The translations under genes and the position numbers were made by a program. DNA of 64,000 bases from a virus. Taxonomy: Duplodnaviria; Caudoviricetes. This document shows, in pieces, positions 46,888 through 57,500 of the stretch (position 1 is the stretch's first letter; each line of letters starts with the position of its first letter). The stretch covers positions 1 to 64,000 of the IMG/VR virus record IMGVR_UViG_3300021431_000012; one strand, written 5' to 3'. The notes beneath the pieces were generated by a model that saw only the letters and a program-made list of their open reading frames with translations, was not told the origin of the DNA and searched no databases.

Positions 46888-46933
46888 CACCACGTCTTAT
46901 CCCGTGACTTAAAATTACAATAACAAAAAGTTT

Positions 46934-47812
46934 ATGGGAAATTTTATAGGACAAAATAGGCTCGCATACCTATGGGAGAAGACAAAGGGCACATTCGCCA
47001 AGAAGAGCGACCTGGAGGCCCATCCTACTGCAAGGGTCTACGTGGGTTCCTGCTCTACTACTGCTGCCACAAATCCGAAGATATGCAATGTTGAGGATTT
47101 CCCTCTTGATGCTGAAGGCAAGCCACTTGTGGGTACGCTTATCTCCGTGAAGTTCTCTGCTACGAATACTTCGACAAGTACTACTCCACAGCTGAACGTG
47201 AATGACACGGGAGCCATCAGGATTTGGTATAACAATGCTGTACTGGCTGCTGCGAAGAGTGCTTATGCTGGCTATGCCAACAGGTATATCAACTATATGT
47301 ATGACGGCACATACTGGGTGTTCCTGGGGCATAGCACGGATAACAACACTACCTACTCGGCACTCACTCAGGCGAAGATTGATGCTGGAACTGAAACAAC
47401 TGGAAGGCTTATCTCGGCAGACTTGCTGAGGGATAACTTCTATACGGAGAGTGAAGTGGATGGTCTGCTTGCTTCAAAGGCTAACTCTAACGACTTAGCA
47501 ACGGTGGCAACAAGTGGCAGCTATAAAGACTTGTATAATAAGCCAAAGCTTCTTGACTATTACCCAGAAACTGATGATGTTCCAAATGTAACATCTGTGG
47601 GTAGTGCTTCTACATGGAGCTTTGCAATGGGTACTGGTAATGATGAGCATACTCTTATTATTAGTGGTAGCAATGGTACTGCTCCAAGTTTAGGAGCAGC
47701 AAAAACAGTTGCTACAGGTAAACTTGGTAGGATAAGTGATGGGGCAATACCTGCTATGGTACGTATATATTCACCAAACGAAGTTCCTGCTTCTGGTGGT
47801 AGTAACGATTAA
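46934..47812 (+). CDS. Tail fibre-like modular protein (292 aa)
   Basis: N-terminus similar to the previous gene; LATVATSGSYKDLYNKP fibre repeat. Confidence 0.7.
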   Translation: MGNFIGQNRLAYLWEKTKGTFAKKSDLEAHPTARVYVGSCSTTAATNPKICNVEDFPLDAEGKPLVGTLISVKFSATNTSTSTTPQLNVNDTGAIRIWYNNAVLAAAKSAYAGYANRYINYMYDGTYWVFLGHSTDNNTTYSALTQAKIDAGTETTGRLISADLLRDNFYTESEVDGLLASKANSNDLATVATSGSYKDLYNKPKLLDYYPETDDVPNVTSVGSASTWSFAMGTGNDEHTLIISGSNGTAPSLGAAKTVATGKLGRISDGAIPAMVRIYSPNEVPASGGSND

Positions 47813-47823
47813 ACAAGACTATT

Positions 47824-48474
47824 ATGGCATACTTAGATAAAATAAAAGTAAACAATACGAATGTAGATGTCCATGACAGTCGCATTCCTAATGAGCCAGT
47901 AACAAGTGTTAATGGTAAGACGGGTGATGTTACTCTAACAATTCCAACAAAGGTTTCTAAGCTGGAGAATGACAGTGGTTTTACTACGAATACTGGTACC
48001 ATCACTGGCATCACGATGAACGGTGTTTCCAAAGGAACATCTGGAAACGTGAATCTTGGCACTGTGCTTACTGAGCACCAAAGCCTTGCAGGTAAGCAGG
48101 ATGTGATTAGTGACTTGGCAACTATCCGTAGTGGGGCAAGTGCTGGTGCAACGGCTTATCAGAAGCCTTCCACGGGGATTCCGAAGACGGACTTGGCAAG
48201 TGCCGTGCAGACGAGTCTTGGAAAGGCAGACACGGCGTTGCAGAGCCATCAGGACATCAGCGGTAAGGCTGACGTGGCTGCGCTGGCAGGCTATACGCCT
48301 ACGGCTAACTTTGCCACTATCAATGGTGCAAGCATCACTGGTGGTGGTGACATCATCATCACGGCAGGAAGCAGTAGTATCACTACTATTGATGCTGTGC
48401 CGACGAAGAACAGTACGAACCCCGTGCAGAGTGGAGGTGTCTACGATGCCATTGAGGGGGGATTTTATTATTGA
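47824..48474 (+). CDS. Tail fibre-like modular protein (216 aa)
   Basis: VTSVNGKTGDV, KVSKLENDSGF and EHQSLAGK fibre repeats. Confidence 0.7.
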   Translation: MAYLDKIKVNNTNVDVHDSRIPNEPVTSVNGKTGDVTLTIPTKVSKLENDSGFTTNTGTITGITMNGVSKGTSGNVNLGTVLTEHQSLAGKQDVISDLATIRSGASAGATAYQKPSTGIPKTDLASAVQTSLGKADTALQSHQDISGKADVAALAGYTPTANFATINGASITGGGDIIITAGSSSITTIDAVPTKNSTNPVQSGGVYDAIEGGFYY

Positions 48475-48520
48475 GTTAAGTGTTATTAGTTTGTGGTCTA
48501 CTAAAAGAATATATTAAGAT

Positions 48521-51064
48521 ATGGGACAAATAATTGGTTCAGCGGCGAAGCCGAAAAGATGCAATCTTTCCAAGTTATCACAACTCGGAACACCAGCGGC
48601 AGGGGAGCATATTCTTGTCAGCAGCGACAACTCCATGAATGCGGCAGGACAAGGGAACTTTGACTGCTACATCATGGGCAACGGAAGAACGGCTGCGACG
48701 GCGTTGCCGCTTCATTACCTTGCAGATGAAGAGCCAGTAGCGGGAAGTACGCAGGGCATTATGAGCGGATGGGCGCACAAGTACGTGAAGCCTATTACCG
48801 ACGAGATGGTTGAGGTGTCGCAAACGACCGAAGATGTGACACAAGTATATGATGACAGAATTACGGAAGCATACATTGCCTCAAATGGGCGAATTTATGG
48901 CGCAAGCAGAGGTTCTACGCTTGTAGTGAATCTTAAACAATTTGCCGTAGATACGACTCTTTCCTATTCAATAACAGGCGGCAGTATTGGCATCGTGTTA
49001 AGCGTAACCAAACCTGCAAAAAATGGAACGTACACAGTTGTTGCTACTTCGGGTAGTGGGCAGGTGACCGTGCCTGCTGGCTATTGGCTTGGATGGGGAC
49101 GAAACGAACCCGCAGGTGCTGCGCTGACCCAGCAGGTTGAAACGATAGTCGTGAAAACACCTCTCTTTCCTTCAGACGTTGAGGACGAAGTAACGGAGGA
49201 ATCCACCGCACCCGTCACAAGTGCTGCCATCTATTCGGCTATTCAAGCAGGCAAGGGTCAGAAGACTGAATATGCCAATATAGTGCCCGACGGCTCGCTT
49301 GTTGACTACTACATTGCTTCGAGCAATAGCAAAGTGTATGCTGGAAACAATTATACGATTAATTATAAATATCTAACGGAAGACACCACAATTCGGTATA
49401 ACGTAGGCGAGAGTACTGAAAGCGTCGCATACCATTCCTCGATTCCATCTGCAAACACGCAGGTTACGCTTGTGGCTACTTCTGGCAATTCGGGTGAAGC
49501 CGTTATCCCTGCTGGCAATTATCTGCTTTGGGTAGTATATAGGGAACAAATTAGTTGCTTTGTGGGCGAAAAGGCGGAAGTGCCTTTGCAATATATTAAC
49601 GCTGACACACTTGTTGTAGCGGAGAACATCAAGCAGAGAAAGGAAACACGGAGCGCAATCATCGTGGATGGCTCGATGCCTCTCGGATGGTGCAAGAATA
49701 GTTGCAAGGACATATTCGACGTTACCGCGGCAACGGCAGACACTATCAGTGTGTCATCGGCTGATGCCGCATCTTTCGATAGCACGGAAGGACTTGTAGC
49801 CGTGAAGCATAGCAACGGGAACTATACCTGCCACCTCTTCACGATTTCGGGCAACGTGCTGACCATTCTGCGAAAGAAAGGATATGACGATGATGTGAGC
49901 CTTGCGGATGTCGTGAAATGCCAAGGAGTGTATGATACGAATAATAGCGGTATGGGGCAGCACCTTTCTGCTTTCGGCTATCTCGCCTATGCAAACTATA
50001 TCGCGCAGGCAATCCACGCACGATGCAGCATCAAGCAAGACAACCTTGTATACGGCTTGCATTTCACGGAGCAGGGAGTCAACTCTTCTGCACCTTACTA
50101 CAAGTCGGGACTGCTCTATGATACGGACATGAATGTCATTGCCGTTCCGAGGTATCACCAAGCAAAATTTACGGGAACGCTCGCAAGTGGAATTTCAGCC
50201 CATGCTGGCGTACTGCAAAACAACCAATACGACAAGATACGCGCTTGCGCCCTAAAATATTTTGCGTTCGTTCAGAACACTCAAGGAACGTGGGTTGAAT
50301 TTGACCTACCGAGCGACGGGTGTCTTGGTAACGGCTATGTGGAAATCACGGGCGGTTGTTATATAGATGAAACAAGGACGGGGCACATTCGCGTGGATGT
50401 ACTCGCAAATGGTGTGTCAGTATATAACACAATGCTTGCCAATAGCAACGAGGGAAAGATTGCCTGCGACAACCTCGACTTGCAAAAGCATATATCTGTA
50501 AGGTTTACGCTGACCGATGCAGCACTAACCGTTATGTTGCTAACCGATATTCGCTTATATCAAGCAGCCGAAGGCAAGACTGCCGTTCCCACCATTAAGA
50601 CAACCGACAAGATTGCTATCATCGGTGATTCATGGACTCAATTCCCGACTACCAGCGGTGTGGTTGAAAGCGATAACACGTATAACACCATTGACACGCT
50701 TGCCAATGGTCAGCAGGCTGGAGGCTATTGCTATCTGCCAAAGGAGTTGTCGCGCCTGCTCGGTGTTGAGATTGACAACTACGGCAAAAGCAACATGACG
50801 GCAAGTTACGGCATTGAGCAGATGGCTGACATCATCAAGAGTGGCAAGCACTACGACTACATCATCCTCGAATACTATATCAATGACCGCACGGCAAGCG
50901 TGGATGCAAATATTTGGCTTTCGAAGATGGCGCAACTTGTGACAATGTGCAAGAGCATTAATGCGAAGCCTATCATCCTCGGACCGACTGCAACAAATAG
51001 TATCAACCAGTCCGTAGGCTTGATTTCGTGGTGGCATCAACTTGTAAAAGGGTTGAATCTATAA
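48521..51064 (+). CDS. Fibre/spike protein with SGNH(GDSL)-type esterase motifs (847 aa)
   Basis: IAIIGDSW (S704), NYGKSN and YYIND (N788) near the C-terminus; block-V-like HLSAFGY (H481) lies upstream. Confidence 0.7.
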   Translation: MGQIIGSAAKPKRCNLSKLSQLGTPAAGEHILVSSDNSMNAAGQGNFDCYIMGNGRTAATALPLHYLADEEPVAGSTQGIMSGWAHKYVKPITDEMVEVSQTTEDVTQVYDDRITEAYIASNGRIYGASRGSTLVVNLKQFAVDTTLSYSITGGSIGIVLSVTKPAKNGTYTVVATSGSGQVTVPAGYWLGWGRNEPAGAALTQQVETIVVKTPLFPSDVEDEVTEESTAPVTSAAIYSAIQAGKGQKTEYANIVPDGSLVDYYIASSNSKVYAGNNYTINYKYLTEDTTIRYNVGESTESVAYHSSIPSANTQVTLVATSGNSGEAVIPAGNYLLWVVYREQISCFVGEKAEVPLQYINADTLVVAENIKQRKETRSAIIVDGSMPLGWCKNSCKDIFDVTAATADTISVSSADAASFDSTEGLVAVKHSNGNYTCHLFTISGNVLTILRKKGYDDDVSLADVVKCQGVYDTNNSGMGQHLSAFGYLAYANYIAQAIHARCSIKQDNLVYGLHFTEQGVNSSAPYYKSGLLYDTDMNVIAVPRYHQAKFTGTLASGISAHAGVLQNNQYDKIRACALKYFAFVQNTQGTWVEFDLPSDGCLGNGYVEITGGCYIDETRTGHIRVDVLANGVSVYNTMLANSNEGKIACDNLDLQKHISVRFTLTDAALTVMLLTDIRLYQAAEGKTAVPTIKTTDKIAIIGDSWTQFPTTSGVVESDNTYNTIDTLANGQQAGGYCYLPKELSRLLGVEIDNYGKSNMTASYGIEQMADIIKSGKHYDYIILEYYINDRTASVDANIWLSKMAQLVTMCKSINAKPIILGPTATNSINQSVGLISWWHQLVKGLNL

Positions 51065-51117
51065 CGTGTTTCAGAGTAACTAATAATAGGTAAAAAGGCA
51101 TTAAAATGGTGTTGAAT

Positions 51118-51519
51118 ATGAAAAAAGCATTGGTATTTATAACAATAGCATTCATGGTGCTATCTTGTGCAACCAAAACCAAAATCGAATATGTAGATAG
51201 GGAGGTTGTTAAGGATAGAATGCATTATGTTCATGACACGTTAAGGGAAATCACCCGTGACACCATTGAACATAATGTGTTTATGCGTGGTGACACCGTG
51301 TTTGATGTCAAGTATGTCAAGAGCGTACAATGGAAAGACAAAATTGTTGAAAAAACCGACACGATTATCCGTGATTCTATCCAAGTGCAAGTGAAAAAAG
51401 AAATTGTAGAAAAGAAAGTAATTCCAAAATGGTGCTACATTTCTTTGCTTATTTGTGGATTATTTGCTATCTTTGCAATTATTAAGTTGATTTTATGGAA
51501 ACAAGTTCATTCGGTTTAA
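51118..51519 (+). CDS. Lipoprotein with C-terminal TM, putative unimolecular spanin
   Basis: Signal peptide ending VLSC (Cys17); beta-rich middle; C-terminal hydrophobic helix. Confidence 0.65.
   Translation: MKKALVFITIAFMVLSCATKTKIEYVDREVVKDRMHYVHDTLREITRDTIEHNVFMRGDTVFDVKYVKSVQWKDKIVEKTDTIIRDSIQVQVKKEIVEKKVIPKWCYISLLICGLFAIFAIIKLILWKQVHSV
51444..51475 (+). promoter_or_regulatory. Consensus promoter embedded in the spanin-like gene, upstream of the giant tail gene
   Basis: TTTG (51444-51447) - N20 - TATCTTTG (51468-51475), 20 nt before the ATG at 51495. Confidence 0.65.
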
Positions 51520-54500
51520 ACCAAAATTTCCAGATATACAAGGATGTGGACGGTGTGCAAACGCCGTTCCACAATCTTGTTTTAAGAAAGTCGGTAGTTG
51601 ATAGTGTAGTAATGTCATTGGGTGACAAAATCACTGGTGATGTCTATTACATTAACAACCACTTAGATGTATCAATGCAAGAATATGTCGTTTACAATGG
51701 CATTAAGTATTCATTGGTAAATCCACCTACAATTGTAAAGGAAGGCATTGTTAGCGACAATTCGGAGTTGCGTGGCATGACCAAATACTCGTTTGAATTC
51801 TACCACCCGATGTATATGCTATCAAGCATTCCTTTTACTGATGTTGCGGTTAGTAACGATGAAGCAAGGTATCTTTCCGAGAATCGCAACTTTAGTTGGA
51901 TGGGTTCACTTGTTGACTATGTTGCAAAGCTAAACAAGAATCTTGAAAACACGGAATGGGTAGTAGCCATTAGTGATGATAGTGGCGTGCAAGCCAAAAG
52001 ATTCGTTCTAAGCGACGTTCTTTCTTTCGACAATAACTTTATAAGCGACGCGTTAAAAACCGCTTACGACACGTGGGAAGTGCCTTTTGTGATAGATAAG
52101 ACCGATGCTTATGGTAACAACAAAAAGTTTTTGATTCTTTTTGGCTTGCCTAGCAATGAAATCTATGAAACAGATTCGCATGGTGACCCAACCGAAACGC
52201 CCTTTGTTTTCCACTACGGAAAAGGCGTCGGCTTAAAGAATAATTCTCGCACACCGAAGAACAACAAGATAGTTACACGCATTGTTGGCTATGGTAGTGA
52301 AAACAACATTCCCTATGGCTACCCACAAATTATTTGGCAAGGTGACCAATCATGGGAATACACATTGAACAACACGCCTGGTGTTCAAGAAATAAGCATT
52401 GGTGGCGAACTTGTTTCGGCAACATCATATCCTATCTATGACGGCATTGTTGGTGGTAGGCATGTAAGACTAATCAAGCACCCGTTCCAAAGAAACCACC
52501 TTATGCCTAGTGTCTACACGGATAGGGTGAACAAAAAGGTAAATCCTTTTGCCGCGAATTTCAATCCTAACATTGAACTTGTAGACTACTATGATGCGGA
52601 CGGCACTTATCCAAACGAGATTAATCCGCTAGCCCCGTCTTGCGAAATACACGAATTTGAAAAGATAAAGCCAGAACTTGGAACGGCAAAAATTATAAGT
52701 GTTGCGCCTTATGATGAAGCAGCAGAAAAATACATTTCATACTCCACATTTGAACAATACATCAATGCTATTATTGATGGCGACAACACGCCACAACGGG
52801 AGCATGATGTGCTAACAACACTTCTTGACGAAATTAACCATGGTACGGAAACTTACCACGACTCTTTCAATGGCGGCACATACGGCTACGAACTAGACAT
52901 GACTAGCGATGAAACATATTACTACATCAAGTATGTTTCTAGCAATAGCAACTTTGAATACATCGTTCTAAAAGATGCGCATGCAGTTCCGCCCGTTGTT
53001 TGGGATGACACAATGGATGATGACGGCAACTATAAGCAAAGCTATTTTAAGCTAACATTGCCGCGTCTTGACTTTGACATTTACGCTTGTGCATCTATCA
53101 CGGAAGAAATGTCTATTGCCATGCGTAGTGGTGCATGCATTGGCTGCACATTCCAAGTGCAAGTAGATTGGGAGGATTACAAGAAGAATTTCTTTAATGT
53201 CGATGGCGTTTTCGACCCGATTCCACATACAACCGACGATGACGGTCACGTTCGCGACATTAATAAGTACCCGAATAGCGAAAACGGTTCTATCACACTT
53301 ATTGTTCAAAAGGACAACAATACTTTTGGCATATTAATGCCTAACACATACCAATATCCGAAAGCGGACGATGACTTTGTGATTCTTGGTATATCATTGC
53401 CTACATCATACATCACAAACGCTGAGGAAAGACTAGATGAGGCTATGCGTGAATACATGTTGGAAAACAATGTGTATTACTACGACTACCCTTTGAAATT
53501 TGACGAGCATTTCCTTGCCACACACCTTGGCATTCTTCGCCAAATGCGAAACAACACTATTGTGCGATTCCAATTTGGCAACGAACCACCGATGGCACTA
53601 TATATCAAGCAGCTTACGGTTAAGTTCGGTGAAAGTGTATTGCCGCAATATGACATCACGCTCACCGATGATGTTGAAATTGTTCTCAATCAAATTGGAC
53701 AAGTAACGGAAGATGTCAGTCGCCTTCGTGTGCAATTAGCAGAAATCCAAAAATATTATCTTGGTGACTATGTTGATGCCATGAATGGCAAGCTATCACG
53801 CATTGTTGATGACGTTGCTCTTGGTCGTATCACATTCCAACAAGGATTGAATTCTATTGGCAACATAATCTTGCATAGCGAAATCAAATCCAACGGCTTT
53901 GTTTCTGGCATGGATGGTACTGGCCGTGGATGGCGAATAGACCAACTTGGTAATGGCGAATTAGAAAGTCTTCGCGTCCGTTCCTACTTGGAGGTTGTGG
54001 AATTGCTTATCAATCGTCTTCAAGCACAAGAGGGTGATACATTGTTCACAGACAATGACCAAATTGAATACGTCAAAGAGAAAGTAGTCAATGATGTAAC
54101 GTACTACATTCTAACACTAAAGGAAAAGTGGGAAGGTTACTTTACGTCGCAACAAGAAGGAAATATTGTCAAAGGAATTATCAACACGTTGGCAGCAAAC
54201 TATGGTAATGTAAGTGATATTACCGAAGCGCAATGTGTTGAAGCAGATGGACAAAACAAATACTACACATCATGGATGCGTGTTGTCAACCCGTCACTTG
54301 CCGAAGAAACCGTTGGTAGAAACCAAATTGTTGTAGTCCTTTATGGTGATTCAGATGTTCCAGCACAAAGGAATTTCCCGCCATGCGAATTGATGACTAT
54401 TGCTAGGTTTGGTTGCGAGGATGCGCCCGATGGCGCTACCGATGCTCAAAAGGCTAGCGTGGAACGTAGACAAAGACTTTTTTCTATTTCCGTTTCTGAC

Positions 54501-57500
54501 GGTCGTATTTCAAAGCTAACGGGTGTCAACAAGCCGATTCTTGAAGAATGGAACTATGGAACAACGCTTGGCGTTATTCCTGATTTTATCAACAATTGGG
54601 CTATCAAGGAGCGTCTTATTGAGGGACGTGATTACTTGTATGCACAAGGTGTTATTGTCGGCGATTTTATCAAGGTAGACATCAATGGAGCGCCGCTTGT
54701 CAACTATGTTGATGTTGGCGAATGGGTAGACGGGCAAGAATATCTTCACAACGAGTACAATCCCGTAAACCTACAATGGGAAACGCATGATGTATGGCAC
54801 AATCAAGCCAAATGGCGTTGCGAACAACACCAACCCGTTAAAAGTGGCTCTACATTGAGGTATTACGAGCCGCAAGACAATTCGCCCTATTGGACAAAGC
54901 TACTTAGTAGTGGCGAAGGTTCACCAGTGCCATACTACCATGACCAATTCTATAGCTGGTCGGCTTATGCTTCAACTAATTCGCAAACAACGCCTCCGTC
55001 CGATGCCGTTTGGTCACGTTCCATTCCAACCGCAACATCGGGCAAGCCGTACCTTTGGTTAAAAGACCAATTAATGACATGGAATGATAGCACAAAGGAA
55101 TACGACGCAGGTGCTATCTACTACACAAGAATCACTGGTGAGGATGGAACGGGTATTGCCGTTAAAGGCTCTGTTGTTGCCGTTGTAGGTAATGTTTCAA
55201 GCCTTCCGTCAACCGCAAACAACGGCGACCTTGCTATCGTCACGTCAAGTCCATACATCTACATCTATCAAAATGGGCAATGGCAAGAGCGTGGCGATAT
55301 TGCCGACGTGGGCGATTGCTATGTTTATGATGGTGATGGTCACTTGTGGGTATGGAATGGTTCATCATGGCAAGATGTCGGTGTGTTTAGGGGAGAACCA
55401 GGCGTGTCAAGTTACATCCACATTGCTTGGGCTAACGAACTTGATTTAACCGACCAACAAACTGGCAAAAAATACCCGTCAACATTCGTTGTAACAAAAG
55501 AGCCTAATGAAGAATTTCGTTACATGGGTGTTTATGTTGATGACAATGCTGGGGCTGACTCATCTGATGGTACGAAATATGATTGGTCTGAAGTAAAAGG
55601 TAGCGACGCTCCTTATGTGACTAGTTCGCAATCCATATTGCTTTTTGACACAAACAACGATGGGGTTGCGACCTCGACATCTTCGCAGCAATGCACCATA
55701 AAATTATTCGTAGGTGGCAGTCAAGTTGATGTGACAAATGTTACAATACAAAAGCCTATTTATAGCACAGCAACATATGTTATCGACAATGGGGCTGTTG
55801 TGTTAACGATTTCTGTAAATATTAGCACGCCAGAATCGGCATTTGGAGGTCTTTATGGCATTACGGTTAAAGGCACTAAAGATGGCAAAGAATACACGGC
55901 ATACGCATCTATTACGGTTGCGGCAAATAAGGCTGGTGCAGGTGCCATTTTCCTTGACCTTGACAATGAAAACGATTCCATGTTGTATGGTTCTAGTGAT
56001 GACGAAACACCCGTTAGCGGCAATGTTATTTCACAAGGCTACATGTATGACAATGGCAATGATGTCACAAGCCAAGTGTCGCAATGGTCAATTGTTGAAT
56101 CATATGGCTGTACCTATAGCACATCTATTCAGAATGGAAAGATGACCATTACTGGCATGACGGCAACATCTGGATATGCCGTTCTTGAAGCAACTTATTT
56201 AGGGGTTAAATATCGTGCAAAGCTAACCCTCAAAAAGCTCGTTGGTGTAGATAAATACGAAATCATTGTCAACCCTAACGCATTAGGATATTCTACCGAC
56301 ACAATATCTACACCACAGCAAATCCAAATACAAGTTTATAAGACTACGATAACAGGTGAAAGACAAAGAATAACGGCTGCAATACCAGCCGATTATGGTC
56401 TGTATTACTATCAAGGAAATTCAACGTCTGGCACACGAATCACAAGCTATAGTTCTAGTGGCGATTATTGGTATTTTGTGGCAACCGACGTGTCTTCATT
56501 GACGCAATATCGTGTGGCATTGCTTGATGAAAACAATGAAATTCTTGATTCGGAAACAATTCCCATTACAAAGGTTTCAAAGGGCGCGGATGGTGATGCT
56601 GCGGTGGCTTACCAACTTCTACCCACAGCAACCGCATTGAACTTTTCTCGTGGCAATGATGGTGAAACGTTTGTGCCAAGTTCATTGAACATTTCTTGCG
56701 GCTACATGAAAATTGTTGGCGAAGAAATCAAAGACAAGGATGACGGCACAAACGTGCAAGGCACTGGGCTTACCATTGATGGCTACAACTTGTATTTCCG
56801 TAGGCTTAACCAAAATGGAGTGCCGATTGCTTCATCATACACAACGGAAGGTTGGGATTGGACTGGCGGCACTGGAACTACCGCATATTTTATAAAGCAT
56901 AATGGTGTTATTGAGGTTGATGCATATAGTAGTCAAAGTGCTATTGAATTTTGTCTTAGTAGCAACACTCCAAATGCCACAACTAGTGATGACATTATTG
57001 CTATACTAACCGTTCCAATTACGCGAAGTGGCGAAAAAGGTAGCATCGGCAAAATGGGAAAAAATTTCTATTATGCTGGTGAGTGGAATGAAAGTGATGG
57101 TGGTTCGTTTGAGGTAACCGACTATGAAACCCCGTATTTCATGTATAACAACAAGTATTGGGTGTGGGTAGGTGACAATGGCACATACTCTATTAATTCC
57201 ACTAACCGCCCATCTAGTAGTAATTCCGATTGGGAACTTATGGTTACCGATTTCAAATACCTTATTACCGAGGCTATGTTCACAAAATTCGCCAAACTTG
57301 GTGCTGGTATTTTTAACGAAGATTGGATGTTTTCTAGTCATGGAAATGCCTTAGTGACTATCGCCCTTACAGCTAGTACATCATCTAGCGAATCATGGGC
57401 ACGAATAAGTGGGCAAACGGCAATTCAAGTCAAGCAGGGGGCTACTTATTCATTTGTCATTAATTGCAAGACTACGGCATCTGGAAATACATATTCTATT

